Below the pieces are notes generated by a model. That model was not told the origin of the DNA. It did not search any database and saw only the letters and a program-made list of their open reading frames with translations. A program made the position numbers and the translations under genes. A stretch of DNA of 64,000 nucleotides from Pseudomonadota bacterium (GTDB lineage: Bacteria > Bdellovibrionota > FAC87 > UBA2466): contig JAYSWN010000069.1 in assembly GCA_043718025.1 (NCBI GenBank), positions 3,698 to 67,697 of the forward strand, in the 5' to 3' direction. Below are positions 18,135-27,472 of the stretch, piece after piece. The first letter of the stretch is position 1. Each line of letters begins with the position of its first letter.

Positions 18135-18584
18135 TTAGGGCTGCGCGTTGATCGATTTGGCCTGTGGCAAACAGGCTTGGTACGACGATAAGTAAACGGT
18201 CGATATAGTTTTCATCTCCCCTTTTTCATTGATCGTATTTTTACTCAAATAGCCGTTGTTGTCGCACAGAGCATAAAGCATCAAGCCATAAGCCTTCGAC
18301 TTGGTCTGACGCAGCCGATTTGCCTGCTCTTCGCACTGGGCAGGAGTGCTCAAGTATTTACTGTCTGCTTTTGATTCGCCGGTTGAGGTCAGCGTTTCTA
18401 TTTTGAGATAACCGTTGTTATCGCAAAGGTAGGTAACGATTACCGGCGCAACCCCGCCGCCGCCGCCATTTTCAAGGCGACTCGATAGTTCTTGCAAGAT
18501 TTGATGATTAGACGCCGCAGAAAGTTCAATCGCCGAAGCGTTTAGACTCAAGGCCAAAACAAGAAATGAAAATACGATCTTCAT
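18135..18584 (-). CDS. Secreted protein with a tandem Cys-containing repeat (Y.LCDNNGYL x2)
   Basis: Probable start at MKIVFSFLVLALSLNASA (signal peptide). An internal unit of about 45 aa is repeated twice. Confidence 0.5.
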   Translation of the reverse strand: MKIVFSFLVLALSLNASAIELSAASNHQILQELSSRLENGGGGGVAPVIVTYLCDNNGYLKIETLTSTGESKADSKYLSTPAQCEEQANRLRQTKSKAYGLMLYALCDNNGYLSKNTINEKGEMKTISTVYLSSYQACLPQAKSINAQP

Positions 18585-18655
18585 GATATCCCCCAAATAA
18601 CCCACCGAGCCCAACCATCCAGGCCCAGCCTAACCCTTAACAAAGGGAGGCTGAC

Positions 18656-19708
18656 TCACAAAGTCGAATTATGCAGCAAGGGGGTCATCATCTTAACAAC
18701 CGTTTCCGCCCACACCGCCGAGCCGTTGAGCGAGGGGACCAAGAACAGATCTTCACCGCCGTGCTCACGAAACTCTTCAAGCCCGCGAATTGAAATCTCT
18801 TCGAGCGTTTCTAAACAATCCGCAACGAACGAAGGGCTTAGCACGGCAAGCCGCTTCACCCCTTGGGCGGGAAGCTGACGGTAAAACTCGTCGGAGTGCG
18901 GCCTAATCCAAGGCGTTCGCCCCAATCGCGACTGAAAGCCCACCAGGTATTGCTCTTTAGTTAACCCTAGTTTAGTTGCCAGCGATCGCGCAGTGGCGTA
19001 GCTCTGCGCTCGGTAACAATTTGCGTTGGCGGCCACGACGGCATCGCAGCAGTTTTCGTATTGAAGGCAATGTTTTCCGGTAGCGTCGGTCTTACGCACT
19101 TGCCGCTCGGGTAGCCCGTGAAAACTGAACAGCACTTTGTCCCATGGTTTTCTAAGGTGCGGCGCCGATACCTGCGCCACCGCATCGAGGTAAAGATCAT
19201 GATTGTAGAAGGCCGGAAAAAAAGTGACCGTTCCGGCAAACTTCCGCTGCCGCACCACTTGATTCACTTTATCAATCGCAGTTTGTGTAGCGGCCAGTGA
19301 GAACTGGGGATAGAGCGGCAACACTTTGATCGACTTCACTCCGTGCGCCATCAAGGTGGCAATGGCGTGATCGAGGCTGGGGTTGCCATACCTCATCCCC
19401 AGCTCCACCACCACCGAGTCACCAAATGTCGCGGCGCAAATTTGCCGCACTTTCTTGGTATGCTCGCGCGAAAAAACCAAGAGCGGAGATCCTTCCGGGG
19501 TCCATACTTTTTTATAGAGTTTCGCCGAGGCGTGTTGGCGACGGGGGACGATAAGCACGTTGACCAGCAGCCAGCGCAATGGGGCGGCAATGTCGATTAC
19601 GTAAGGGTCGCTAAGAAATTCTTTGAGATAGCGGCCAACGTCATCGGGTTCGGGAGAGGCGGGCGTGCCCAGGTTCACCAGTAAGAGTCCAACTTTATCA
19701 ACTGACAT
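18656..19708 (-). CDS. hemH: Ferrochelatase
   Basis: N-terminal GLLLVNLGTP and overall ferrochelatase similarity. 350 aa. Confidence 0.9.
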   Translation of the reverse strand: MSVDKVGLLLVNLGTPASPEPDDVGRYLKEFLSDPYVIDIAAPLRWLLVNVLIVPRRQHASAKLYKKVWTPEGSPLLVFSREHTKKVRQICAATFGDSVVVELGMRYGNPSLDHAIATLMAHGVKSIKVLPLYPQFSLAATQTAIDKVNQVVRQRKFAGTVTFFPAFYNHDLYLDAVAQVSAPHLRKPWDKVLFSFHGLPERQVRKTDATGKHCLQYENCCDAVVAANANCYRAQSYATARSLATKLGLTKEQYLVGFQSRLGRTPWIRPHSDEFYRQLPAQGVKRLAVLSPSFVADCLETLEEISIRGLEEFREHGGEDLFLVPSLNGSAVWAETVVKMMTPLLHNSTL

Positions 19709-19735
19709 GCTGCGGTGTTACCCGAAATTCTTGGC

Positions 19736-20818
19736 CTAGTCAGCATGAAGACAGCGCAGACCATCGGTCGCGCATCTAACCGCCGCGGCGGCATCCACTT
19801 GCCCACCGGATATGGTTTTGCCTTCAAGCTCCGGCAACAATTTTACGGTGCGGCTGATGACCTCTACGACTTGAGCGGCGGTAAGACCCGGATTGGCCGA
19901 ACGAACCAAGCCCGCCAGGCCCGATACGATTGCGGCGGCGTCCGACGTGCCGCTGCCGCTGTCGTAACCATCTTTTCCAGCTTTCCAGATACTGACGACG
20001 TCTTCAGCAGGAGCCGCCACGTGCACCGATTTTTTTCCCCAGTTTGAATGCTTCCACAGGTAATGCTCAGCGTTGACGGCGGCTACGGTAATTAGGTTCG
20101 GCAACTTAAACTTGGCGGGGTAAATATTCTGCTTATCGAGATCTGTCCCATCGTTGCTGGCCGCCGCCACCACTACAATGTCGGCCTCACCGGCGGCTTC
20201 AAGCACTTTAAACAACTTTTTATCGTACCCTTCGCCCGAAAAAGAAACATTGATAATCTTGGCCTTCATCAAAATCGAATACTGAATCGCCCTAATGGCA
20301 TCGTCGTCGTCGCCAAAACCATCCCGGTTGATGAATTTTGCCGCCATTACTGAGCAGCGCGGACAGACTCCGGCCGATCCCACGCCATTACCCTCTACCG
20401 CCACCGCAAGCCCAGCCAAAAAGGTGCCGTGGCCACCACCGTCCCACGGCAAATAGTGGTTACGGGTAAAATCGAAGCCGATTACGTCGTCTTTAAAGCC
20501 ATTCTGGTCTTTATCCGTGCCATCGCAAGGCCACTCCGCCTTATTCCAGGCCAAATTAGGGGCCAAATCGGGATGTAAATAATTGATGCCACTGTCGACG
20601 AAAGAGATCACCACGTCGCGGCTACCCTTGGTCGTCTTCCAGGCTTCAAACGTATTCATTTCGGTAAGGTGCCAAGCTTTGGCAAGAAGCGGATCGCCTT
20701 TTCCGGAGGCCGGTTCGATGGGAAGTTCAAGGGCTGGCTCGCCGCCGGCCAATAGCGGCGTTGGGATCGTAAAGATAGAAAATAGGCAGACAAAAAGAAG
20801 CGTTAGTTTATTGCCCAC
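19736..20818 (-). CDS. Secreted subtilisin-like serine protease (peptidase S8)
   Basis: Signal peptide and a catalytic triad in blocks: VVISFVDSGI (Asp), GHGTFLAG (His), GTSDAAAIVSG (Ser). Confidence 0.85.
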   Translation of the reverse strand: MGNKLTLLFVCLFSIFTIPTPLLAGGEPALELPIEPASGKGDPLLAKAWHLTEMNTFEAWKTTKGSRDVVISFVDSGINYLHPDLAPNLAWNKAEWPCDGTDKDQNGFKDDVIGFDFTRNHYLPWDGGGHGTFLAGLAVAVEGNGVGSAGVCPRCSVMAAKFINRDGFGDDDDAIRAIQYSILMKAKIINVSFSGEGYDKKLFKVLEAAGEADIVVVAAASNDGTDLDKQNIYPAKFKLPNLITVAAVNAEHYLWKHSNWGKKSVHVAAPAEDVVSIWKAGKDGYDSGSGTSDAAAIVSGLAGLVRSANPGLTAAQVVEVISRTVKLLPELEGKTISGGQVDAAAAVRCATDGLRCLHAD

Positions 20819-20877
20819 ATTCCCCCGATGCAGTTTATTTCTGAATAGTTAAATTTTTGAGAATTTTTAGGATTCGG

Positions 20878-21825
20878 TCAAGGACGATTTCGGCGGATCC
20901 ACCCTTTTTTGGCGAACCAGAAGAAGATGGTCGAAGCGGTGCTGAGCATCACGACCCAAACCAGGGGGTAGCCGTACTTCCATTTCAACTCCGGCATGTG
21001 CTCGAAATTCATGCCATAAACCCCAACGATAAAATTCAGAGGAAGGAAAAACACGGAGAATACCGTGAGAACTTTTACAACCTCGTTGGTGCGGTTGGAG
21101 GCTTCGGTCATCTTATGGGTCGATAGCGATAGCTGAATATTGAGTAGGGCATTGAGATCGTCCAGCAAACTATCGGCGAAAAATAGCAAGCCATCGATGC
21201 GCTCGATCAAGTCTTGACGCAGCGGTAGGTTGGCTTGTGATTGCGGAACAAACTTTTTGGCGGTGTCGACTGAATGCCACAAAATCCGTTTTATGATCGA
21301 AAGGCGGCATTTGGTGCGAAACACCTCTTCCCAACTTGCCATGGTCTCCTGATTTTTCAAGATGGCCGTCTCTAGTTGGTGAATTTTTTCTTCCATTTGT
21401 TCCAAAGGATCGTGATAAGTGCTGACCGCCGCCATTAAGATTTCGAGCAGGGCCACTTGCAGGTAGATAGTCTCCCCATTTTTCTGTGCATAAAGCGCAC
21501 GCACGGGGGTTAAAAACTTAGGATCGGTGCGGTGCACCGTAATCAAAAACCGGTGACCCAAAAACACGGCCAATTTACGCGTCATCGTTTGCACCGAATC
21601 GTGCTCTTCTGTGCAACGCTCGTCGTAATGGCGAAGAATAAGAAAGGTGAGATCGCCATAGGTCTCGTGTTTGGGCAGGTGCTGCGGCTCCATGCAGTCC
21701 TTCACCAACTCGGGATGCAAGTGATACTGAACCGCCAGCTCTTTTAGCTCCTTCTTCGAAGGATCTACCACGTCCAGCCAAACCGGTACCGGCGGGTTAC
21801 CTTCGCTCACAATCGCATTGATCAA
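20878..21825 (-). CDS. corA: CorA-family magnesium/cobalt transporter
   Basis: YGMNF (GMN motif) followed by two C-terminal TM helices. 315 aa. Confidence 0.85.
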   Translation of the reverse strand: MINAIVSEGNPPVPVWLDVVDPSKKELKELAVQYHLHPELVKDCMEPQHLPKHETYGDLTFLILRHYDERCTEEHDSVQTMTRKLAVFLGHRFLITVHRTDPKFLTPVRALYAQKNGETIYLQVALLEILMAAVSTYHDPLEQMEEKIHQLETAILKNQETMASWEEVFRTKCRLSIIKRILWHSVDTAKKFVPQSQANLPLRQDLIERIDGLLFFADSLLDDLNALLNIQLSLSTHKMTEASNRTNEVVKVLTVFSVFFLPLNFIVGVYGMNFEHMPELKWKYGYPLVWVVMLSTASTIFFWFAKKGWIRRNRP

Positions 21826-21881
21826 AAAACCCTCCTTTACGCAAAGCAGGCCACCCTACCCCGCGGAATGAGACTAGACGA

Positions 21882-24713
21882 TCACTTTTCGGCCGGTAAA
21901 AATCGCCGGAATTTTTCAAGCGGCGGTCGCGGGGCTGGTTGCACCTCCTGCATCCGAATGGCTTCGAGCACCAGCATACGAAATTCTTTGGGATCCAGCC
22001 CCAGCTCTTTAAAGTGCTCAATCGCATCAACCGCAAATTGAGTGCCGTTTACCGATCCGTCTTCATTCTTCCACGCGGCCACCTGAGCGGCCGTGAAATG
22101 GGCTTTCAACTTTACGGTGCCCGGGGCATTGAGCGCTTGATTGAGCAACGCCCTAACGTATTTCACCTGCAACGCTGCCATATACTCGTCAGTGGGCGCA
22201 TCGAACAGCCTGAACTCCAGCCGGTCTTTGCCCTTGCCGCCAAACGCGGGAAACCATTTCACCGCTGGATCTTTGATGTCGATGGTCTTCTGGTACGCCT
22301 TAGGAATTGCCCCCGACATCAATGCTGTGGCGTTGAGCTGCGCGTATCCCGGCTTACGGGTGATGTAGGGATTAAAGTACCGCTGCTCGTAGAGCAGGGT
22401 ACCAAGCTCATTCCACTCACCGCTAAACGAATTTAGCCCGGCAACGAGTTCGGGCGTCTGCTCAACGGCAAGAGCGGCGCGCACCCGAAACGGGTGCTGC
22501 CATAAAAACTGAATCATGTCGCGGTTTGACTCAAAGTACGCAATCAAGTTCGCCGCTTTTCGCGCCCCTTGCCGTGGCCCCAGGGCCACTAGCGGCGCTA
22601 GATCAATATTCACATGCGCGCCACCGGCCCCGCGCCTAGGCACTTGCCCCAGTTCGCGCATCGCCAAATACAAGGCCCTCACCTCTTCCGGATCGGCCGG
22701 AGATTTTTTGGGCGACGGCACTTCGATGTGGCCAGATCGCGACCGCTTAACCCCGTCGTCGGTGTAAGAGCGATTAATGCCGTCCCATTCGATGCGCCAA
22801 ATCTCGCCATTGGCCCGCGTGTACCGGTAACGAATTCCCAAATTATGGCCATGCCCCGTAGAGTCTAGCTCTTCGAGCAAGCCGGGTGCGGTGCCGATGG
22901 GATCTATCGCTTCGAAATATTTTTTAACCATCTCGGCGGTGCTTTTCAGCCGCTCGTTGGCGCGATCGCGCGATAACGGCCGGTCCGGAAAACGGAAACT
23001 ATATTCAATTCCCAAATCAATGAGATTAGGATTGATCTTGCCGTCGTACGGCACGGTGATGGTGGGTAGGGTTCCCGTGGGCCGCGGAATAAGATAGCGC
23101 TCGAAATCTTCTTCGAGTGAAACACGGCGGGCAAATTGGTATTGAAACTGTTCGAGCTTGCCCACCATTTCAGATCGGAGTTCGCCCAAGGCAACGTTGT
23201 GTTCAACTTTTTCGTATTTTCGCAAATATTCCTTCGCCACTTCAAAAAGCTGAATGGCGTAGCGTTCTTGCGCCGCCCGTAAAATATCTACTTTCGCAAA
23301 TGAGGGAATTCTTAGATCCCACCGAAACAGCGGCGCCAAAAGCTTGTTTCGCATGTGGTTATGGGCTAAGCCGTGCGCCGACCACCTGAGCTGCGGAAGC
23401 TTCTGTTCGAACTCTTCCACCACCGCCAGCTGCTTCTCGCTGAGAAAACGGAGTGCGTGTTCGCGTATAGATCGCGATGGATCAAACTCATCGCGGTGCT
23501 GGTGGTAACTTTGCACCCCATTGTAGTCGCCACTCCACAGCCGGGCCTCAATTAAGTCTTCGACGAATTCACGTTTGATCCCTTTGTTTCCCGATCGCAT
23601 CTCCCAATCGACCACCTGGCCACCCTCAGTCTGCCCAGGCAAAGAGGGATCCATGGAAAAATTTCGGGCTCCGACCATGCGAAATTTATTATTAAACTTT
23701 TTAGGGTCGTCTTCGTTCATGGCGGCTTCAAGGCGGTTTAACGCCGCGTTGGAATAAACCCCCAAATAGCGGTGGCCCAAAATAGAATCGGCCTCGTTGG
23801 GGCTACGGCGGGCTTGGCGCCAATAGAGCATCCACGATAGCGAATCGATGAGCTCAATGTATTGGGGCGCAATACGCGCGCGCTCAACTGCCGAGGTGGG
23901 CCAGGCGTGCACAAAGTGCTGATGGCCGATCAACCCTTCCAGGTAGGCTTCAAACAGAACGCGTTGTTCAAAGTACTGGGTGCGATCGGCTTCACCTCGC
24001 GCCGATCTCAGCTCGTACGAGCCATTCACGTCGTCGCCCACTTCAACAAAGGCAGGAGCTTCTTGCGACGGTTTCAGCCAAGAGAAATAGAGCAGCCGAA
24101 GGGCAAACAGCTCGTCGCGACCCGCTGGGTTGATAACGTCAAAAGGATTTTCACGACTGGACAAATAATCAACCTGCTCTTCGGGAGTCAGCTTCACCCA
24201 CTCGCTGGGCTTTAGGCTGACGGCCGGAATGCGGTAGCGCGTAGGATAATCAGACAACCAGCGCAGCAGCGCGCGGTGCGCGGCCTCACCATATTTTGAG
24301 GCAATTTCTCCAGCCGGGAAAATGTCTTTCAAAACGTTAGTGAGGGCGTTTCTAAATTCCACTGGATCGATGCGGTCGAACCAGGTGGCGATGTCGCTGT
24401 AAAACAGGCCCTCTTTTTCCATCGCGTGGGCAATGGGAACCGTCGACCCCTTCATCGAAATGTAGAGGGGCCTGTTGGTGCCGCGGGCCCCGGGAACTTG
24501 TAGTTTGTACCAACGTAAATCTACCAGCGCTTGGTGACACGATGCTGGCGGCGCCGTGAGTTTGACGGCCGTGTCTTTGGCCAGGGCAGACGGTAAAAAA
24601 ACCGGCGTCGACAGCAGTGAGAGGACTAAAAACGAAGTGAAGAAACTATGACCCCAAAACTCAACGCGCGCGCGAGCACGCGTAGTCCAGCCCATCCCCA
24701 AGTTCACACCCAC
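21882..24713 (-). CDS. Large (943 aa) secreted protein of unknown function. The C-terminal third has carboxylate-amine-ligase-like motifs.
   Basis: Signal peptide. No family recognised. Motifs RSGHIEV, GGAHVNIDL and LEFRLFDAPTD resemble the G.H.H.G and E.R..D blocks of the GCS2/amidoligase superfamily. Confidence 0.55.
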   Translation of the reverse strand: MGVNLGMGWTTRARARVEFWGHSFFTSFLVLSLLSTPVFLPSALAKDTAVKLTAPPASCHQALVDLRWYKLQVPGARGTNRPLYISMKGSTVPIAHAMEKEGLFYSDIATWFDRIDPVEFRNALTNVLKDIFPAGEIASKYGEAAHRALLRWLSDYPTRYRIPAVSLKPSEWVKLTPEEQVDYLSSRENPFDVINPAGRDELFALRLLYFSWLKPSQEAPAFVEVGDDVNGSYELRSARGEADRTQYFEQRVLFEAYLEGLIGHQHFVHAWPTSAVERARIAPQYIELIDSLSWMLYWRQARRSPNEADSILGHRYLGVYSNAALNRLEAAMNEDDPKKFNNKFRMVGARNFSMDPSLPGQTEGGQVVDWEMRSGNKGIKREFVEDLIEARLWSGDYNGVQSYHQHRDEFDPSRSIREHALRFLSEKQLAVVEEFEQKLPQLRWSAHGLAHNHMRNKLLAPLFRWDLRIPSFAKVDILRAAQERYAIQLFEVAKEYLRKYEKVEHNVALGELRSEMVGKLEQFQYQFARRVSLEEDFERYLIPRPTGTLPTITVPYDGKINPNLIDLGIEYSFRFPDRPLSRDRANERLKSTAEMVKKYFEAIDPIGTAPGLLEELDSTGHGHNLGIRYRYTRANGEIWRIEWDGINRSYTDDGVKRSRSGHIEVPSPKKSPADPEEVRALYLAMRELGQVPRRGAGGAHVNIDLAPLVALGPRQGARKAANLIAYFESNRDMIQFLWQHPFRVRAALAVEQTPELVAGLNSFSGEWNELGTLLYEQRYFNPYITRKPGYAQLNATALMSGAIPKAYQKTIDIKDPAVKWFPAFGGKGKDRLEFRLFDAPTDEYMAALQVKYVRALLNQALNAPGTVKLKAHFTAAQVAAWKNEDGSVNGTQFAVDAIEHFKELGLDPKEFRMLVLEAIRMQEVQPAPRPPLEKFRRFLPAEK

Positions 24714-24949
24714 CCCACTTTAAACCACGCAAAAACGACCCATCGCGTTTGCGTTTTCCCCTGTGCTTTCCGGGATAACGTGGGGCGGTAGGGCGCGACA
24801 ATGCGCGTTAGCAAGATGCGTTAGCAAAAGGCGTCAACGAAACTGACAACCACTAAAAAATATACGATATTTTTAATCCGGTATATTTTTTTAATTAATA
24901 AATTCGAACACTTAAATTGAATACCGGCGGTATTGATCTTGCTGTATGA
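24714..24949. promoter_or_regulatory. Divergent AT-rich intergenic region with candidate operator palindromes
   Basis: A perfect 6-1-6 palindrome ataccgGcggtat at 24921-24933, about 20 bp upstream of the 24950 start. Its half-site ccggtat is also present at 24878-24884. A direct repeat gcgttagcaa occurs twice (24805-24827). Confidence 0.35.
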
Positions 24950-25498
24950 ATGACTATGCGCGTTATCAAAATGATCACTCTATGCCTCTGTTTGGGATGG
25001 GGACCGGTCTCGGTTCTGCCGGCCGCAAGCCCGCCCGCTCCCGCAAAACAGTTTAAGAATGTGGATGCTGAAGGCATTGAGGAAGAGCGCCTGGAAACTG
25101 AAAGGTTAAAAAATTATTACCGCGGCGTCGCCGTGAATCCGAGTGACCCCATTTCGCCAAACCCAGTGCCGCTGGCCGTTGGCGCCGCTGAACTCTACGC
25201 CAAGGAACGCGCGCAGCCTTCGCAATCAAAAGAGGCTTACGTTGACGCACAAAACAATTACATTCGCGAAGCCAATCGCGAACTCGATGAAGGGGGAAAC
25301 GTAGGTAAATGTTACAAATACGTCGGCGGGTCGCTGCAAGAGATTGCGTGCGTGCACGAACAAATTAATCAGGGGCCGGGCCAATACGTCGGCACTCGTT
25401 ACGATCGCGATCTAAAAACATTGGACGGGCAGACCGGCGAAAAGACCTGGCGCGACGGCGGCGACAACCCACAAAACCGCCCCAAAATTGGCCCCTAG
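24950..25498 (+). CDS. Hypothetical secreted protein
   Basis: Signal peptide LCLCLGWGPVSVLPAAS. No recognisable domain. Confidence 0.5.
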   Translation: MTMRVIKMITLCLCLGWGPVSVLPAASPPAPAKQFKNVDAEGIEEERLETERLKNYYRGVAVNPSDPISPNPVPLAVGAAELYAKERAQPSQSKEAYVDAQNNYIREANRELDEGGNVGKCYKYVGGSLQEIACVHEQINQGPGQYVGTRYDRDLKTLDGQTGEKTWRDGGDNPQNRPKIGP

Positions 25499-25586
25499 TC
25501 AGGAAACCAGTTTTCTATTCACTAAGTGCTTTACTCCCTCAACTTGTAGTTGCCGTTCTGCATTGGCGCGTTAGTCTCCGTGCCCT

Positions 25587-27446
25587 ATGGCAAATGTGAT
25601 CATCGATGAACGGGGCAAAAATAAAGAAGAGATCGAGGCAATGGAAGTTGCCGAGGCGGCGCGGGAAGATAGCTGGCAACACCCGAGCTTTGTTGCCGAT
25701 CTCTTCATGGGCAAAATTCAGTGGGACTCTCTAATCCCTTTTCCCGAACAACCCGAAGCCGATCGCATCGCGGGCGAGCCCTTTCTTAAAGCACTCAAAG
25801 AATTTTTTGAAACCCAAGTCGACGCCGACAAGATTGACGCCGACGGACTGATTCCGCAGTCCGTTTTAGATGGCCTAGCCAAACTCGGCGCCATGGGAAT
25901 AAAAATTCCTAAAGAGTACGGAGGCCTGGGTTTAAGCCAAACCAACTACGCCCGCGCCATGGCATTGATGGCCGGCTATTGCGGATCTACTACCGTAACT
26001 ATTTCGGCGCACCAGAGCATCGGCGTGCCGCAGCCGCTTTTGATGTTCGGCACCGATGAACAAAAAACCCGTTTTCTACCGCGTTTTGCCAAGGGAGAAA
26101 TTTCGGCGTTTGCACTAACCGAACCCGAAGTGGGATCGGACCCGGCCCGCCTTTCAACCACGGCGGTACCAACCGAAGATGGCAATCATTACATTTTAAA
26201 CGGCACCAAATTGTGGTGCACCAACGGGGCCATTGCCGACATTATGGTGGTGATGGTGCAAACCCCCGCGGTCGTTAGCAAGGGGAAGGAACGTAAACAG
26301 ATTTCGGCTTTCATCGTCGAAAAGAACATGCCCGGCTTTGAAGTGCTACACCGTTGCCGCTTCATGGGCCTAAATGGAATTCAAAACGCTCTGCTCAAAT
26401 TTACCAATGTAAAGGTGCCCAAGGAGAACCTGATCTGGGGCTTGGGCAAAGGGCTAAAACTGGCGTTAATCACCCTGAATGCCGGTCGATTAAGCCTTCC
26501 CGCCGGTTGTGTGGGGGTCGGCCGCAAGATGATTGAGAGCGCGCGCGAATGGGGAACTGAGCGAGTGCAATGGGGTGCTCCGATCGGTAAGCATGAGTTT
26601 GGCGCGGCCAAGGTGGCCAGCTTAGTCGCCAACGAATTTGCGATGGAGGCCATTACCTGGTTGTCGTGTCATTGGAGCGACGCTCACGATCGCGACATCC
26701 GGTTAGAAGCCGCAATGTCAAAGTTGCATTGTACCGTACGATCCGAGGTGATGGTTCAAGAGACATTGCAGCTACGCGGTGGACGCGGTTACGAAACCGG
26801 TCCGAGCTTAGCCGCCCGGGGCGAAAAGAATGTTCCCGTCGAACGTTGGCTGCGTGATTCGCGCATCAACCAGATTGTCGAAGGCACCAACGAAATTCTA
26901 AAACTGTTCATCGCGCGCGAAGCCCTCGACGGCCACCTAAAGGTCGCGGGCGACGTGCTAAATCCCAAACTATCGATCGGCACAAGGATAATTGCGGCGG
27001 TAAAAGCGTTTGGTTTCTACGCCATCTGGTATCCAAAACAATGGCTCGGGGCAATTCCCCTGCCCACCGGACTAGGTTTGCCGGCGAAACTTCAGGGCCA
27101 CGCCGGCTACATTCGCACCACTTCACACCGTCTAGCCCGCAGCACTTTTCACTTGATGGCGCAGCACGGGCCAAAGCTTGAGAAAAAACAGATGCAGTTG
27201 GGCCGCATTGTGGATATTGCCACCGATCTGTTCGCGATGGCGGCGGCGGTGGGTTACGCTGGCGGCAGAAAAACCAAAGTGCTCCCCGAAGGCACCATCG
27301 AATCGGCAGACTACTTTTGCCGTGAAGCCCGCGATCGCATTGAGACTAACTTTCAACGCTTGAGCTGCAATCACGATAGCGCCGCCAACCGCTTGGCGGC
27401 TAAGGTGACCGAAGGTAAAATGCAGTGGCAGGAAAAGACTCTATAG
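25587..27446 (+). CDS. Acyl-CoA dehydrogenase, long (about 600 aa) form
   Basis: ACAD signature region FALTEPEVGSDPARL. An N-terminal and C-terminal extended architecture. Confidence 0.85.
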   Translation: MANVIIDERGKNKEEIEAMEVAEAAREDSWQHPSFVADLFMGKIQWDSLIPFPEQPEADRIAGEPFLKALKEFFETQVDADKIDADGLIPQSVLDGLAKLGAMGIKIPKEYGGLGLSQTNYARAMALMAGYCGSTTVTISAHQSIGVPQPLLMFGTDEQKTRFLPRFAKGEISAFALTEPEVGSDPARLSTTAVPTEDGNHYILNGTKLWCTNGAIADIMVVMVQTPAVVSKGKERKQISAFIVEKNMPGFEVLHRCRFMGLNGIQNALLKFTNVKVPKENLIWGLGKGLKLALITLNAGRLSLPAGCVGVGRKMIESAREWGTERVQWGAPIGKHEFGAAKVASLVANEFAMEAITWLSCHWSDAHDRDIRLEAAMSKLHCTVRSEVMVQETLQLRGGRGYETGPSLAARGEKNVPVERWLRDSRINQIVEGTNEILKLFIAREALDGHLKVAGDVLNPKLSIGTRIIAAVKAFGFYAIWYPKQWLGAIPLPTGLGLPAKLQGHAGYIRTTSHRLARSTFHLMAQHGPKLEKKQMQLGRIVDIATDLFAMAAAVGYAGGRKTKVLPEGTIESADYFCREARDRIETNFQRLSCNHDSAANRLAAKVTEGKMQWQEKTL

Positions 27447-27472
27447 AGTGCCGGCCACACGAAAGCAGAGCG

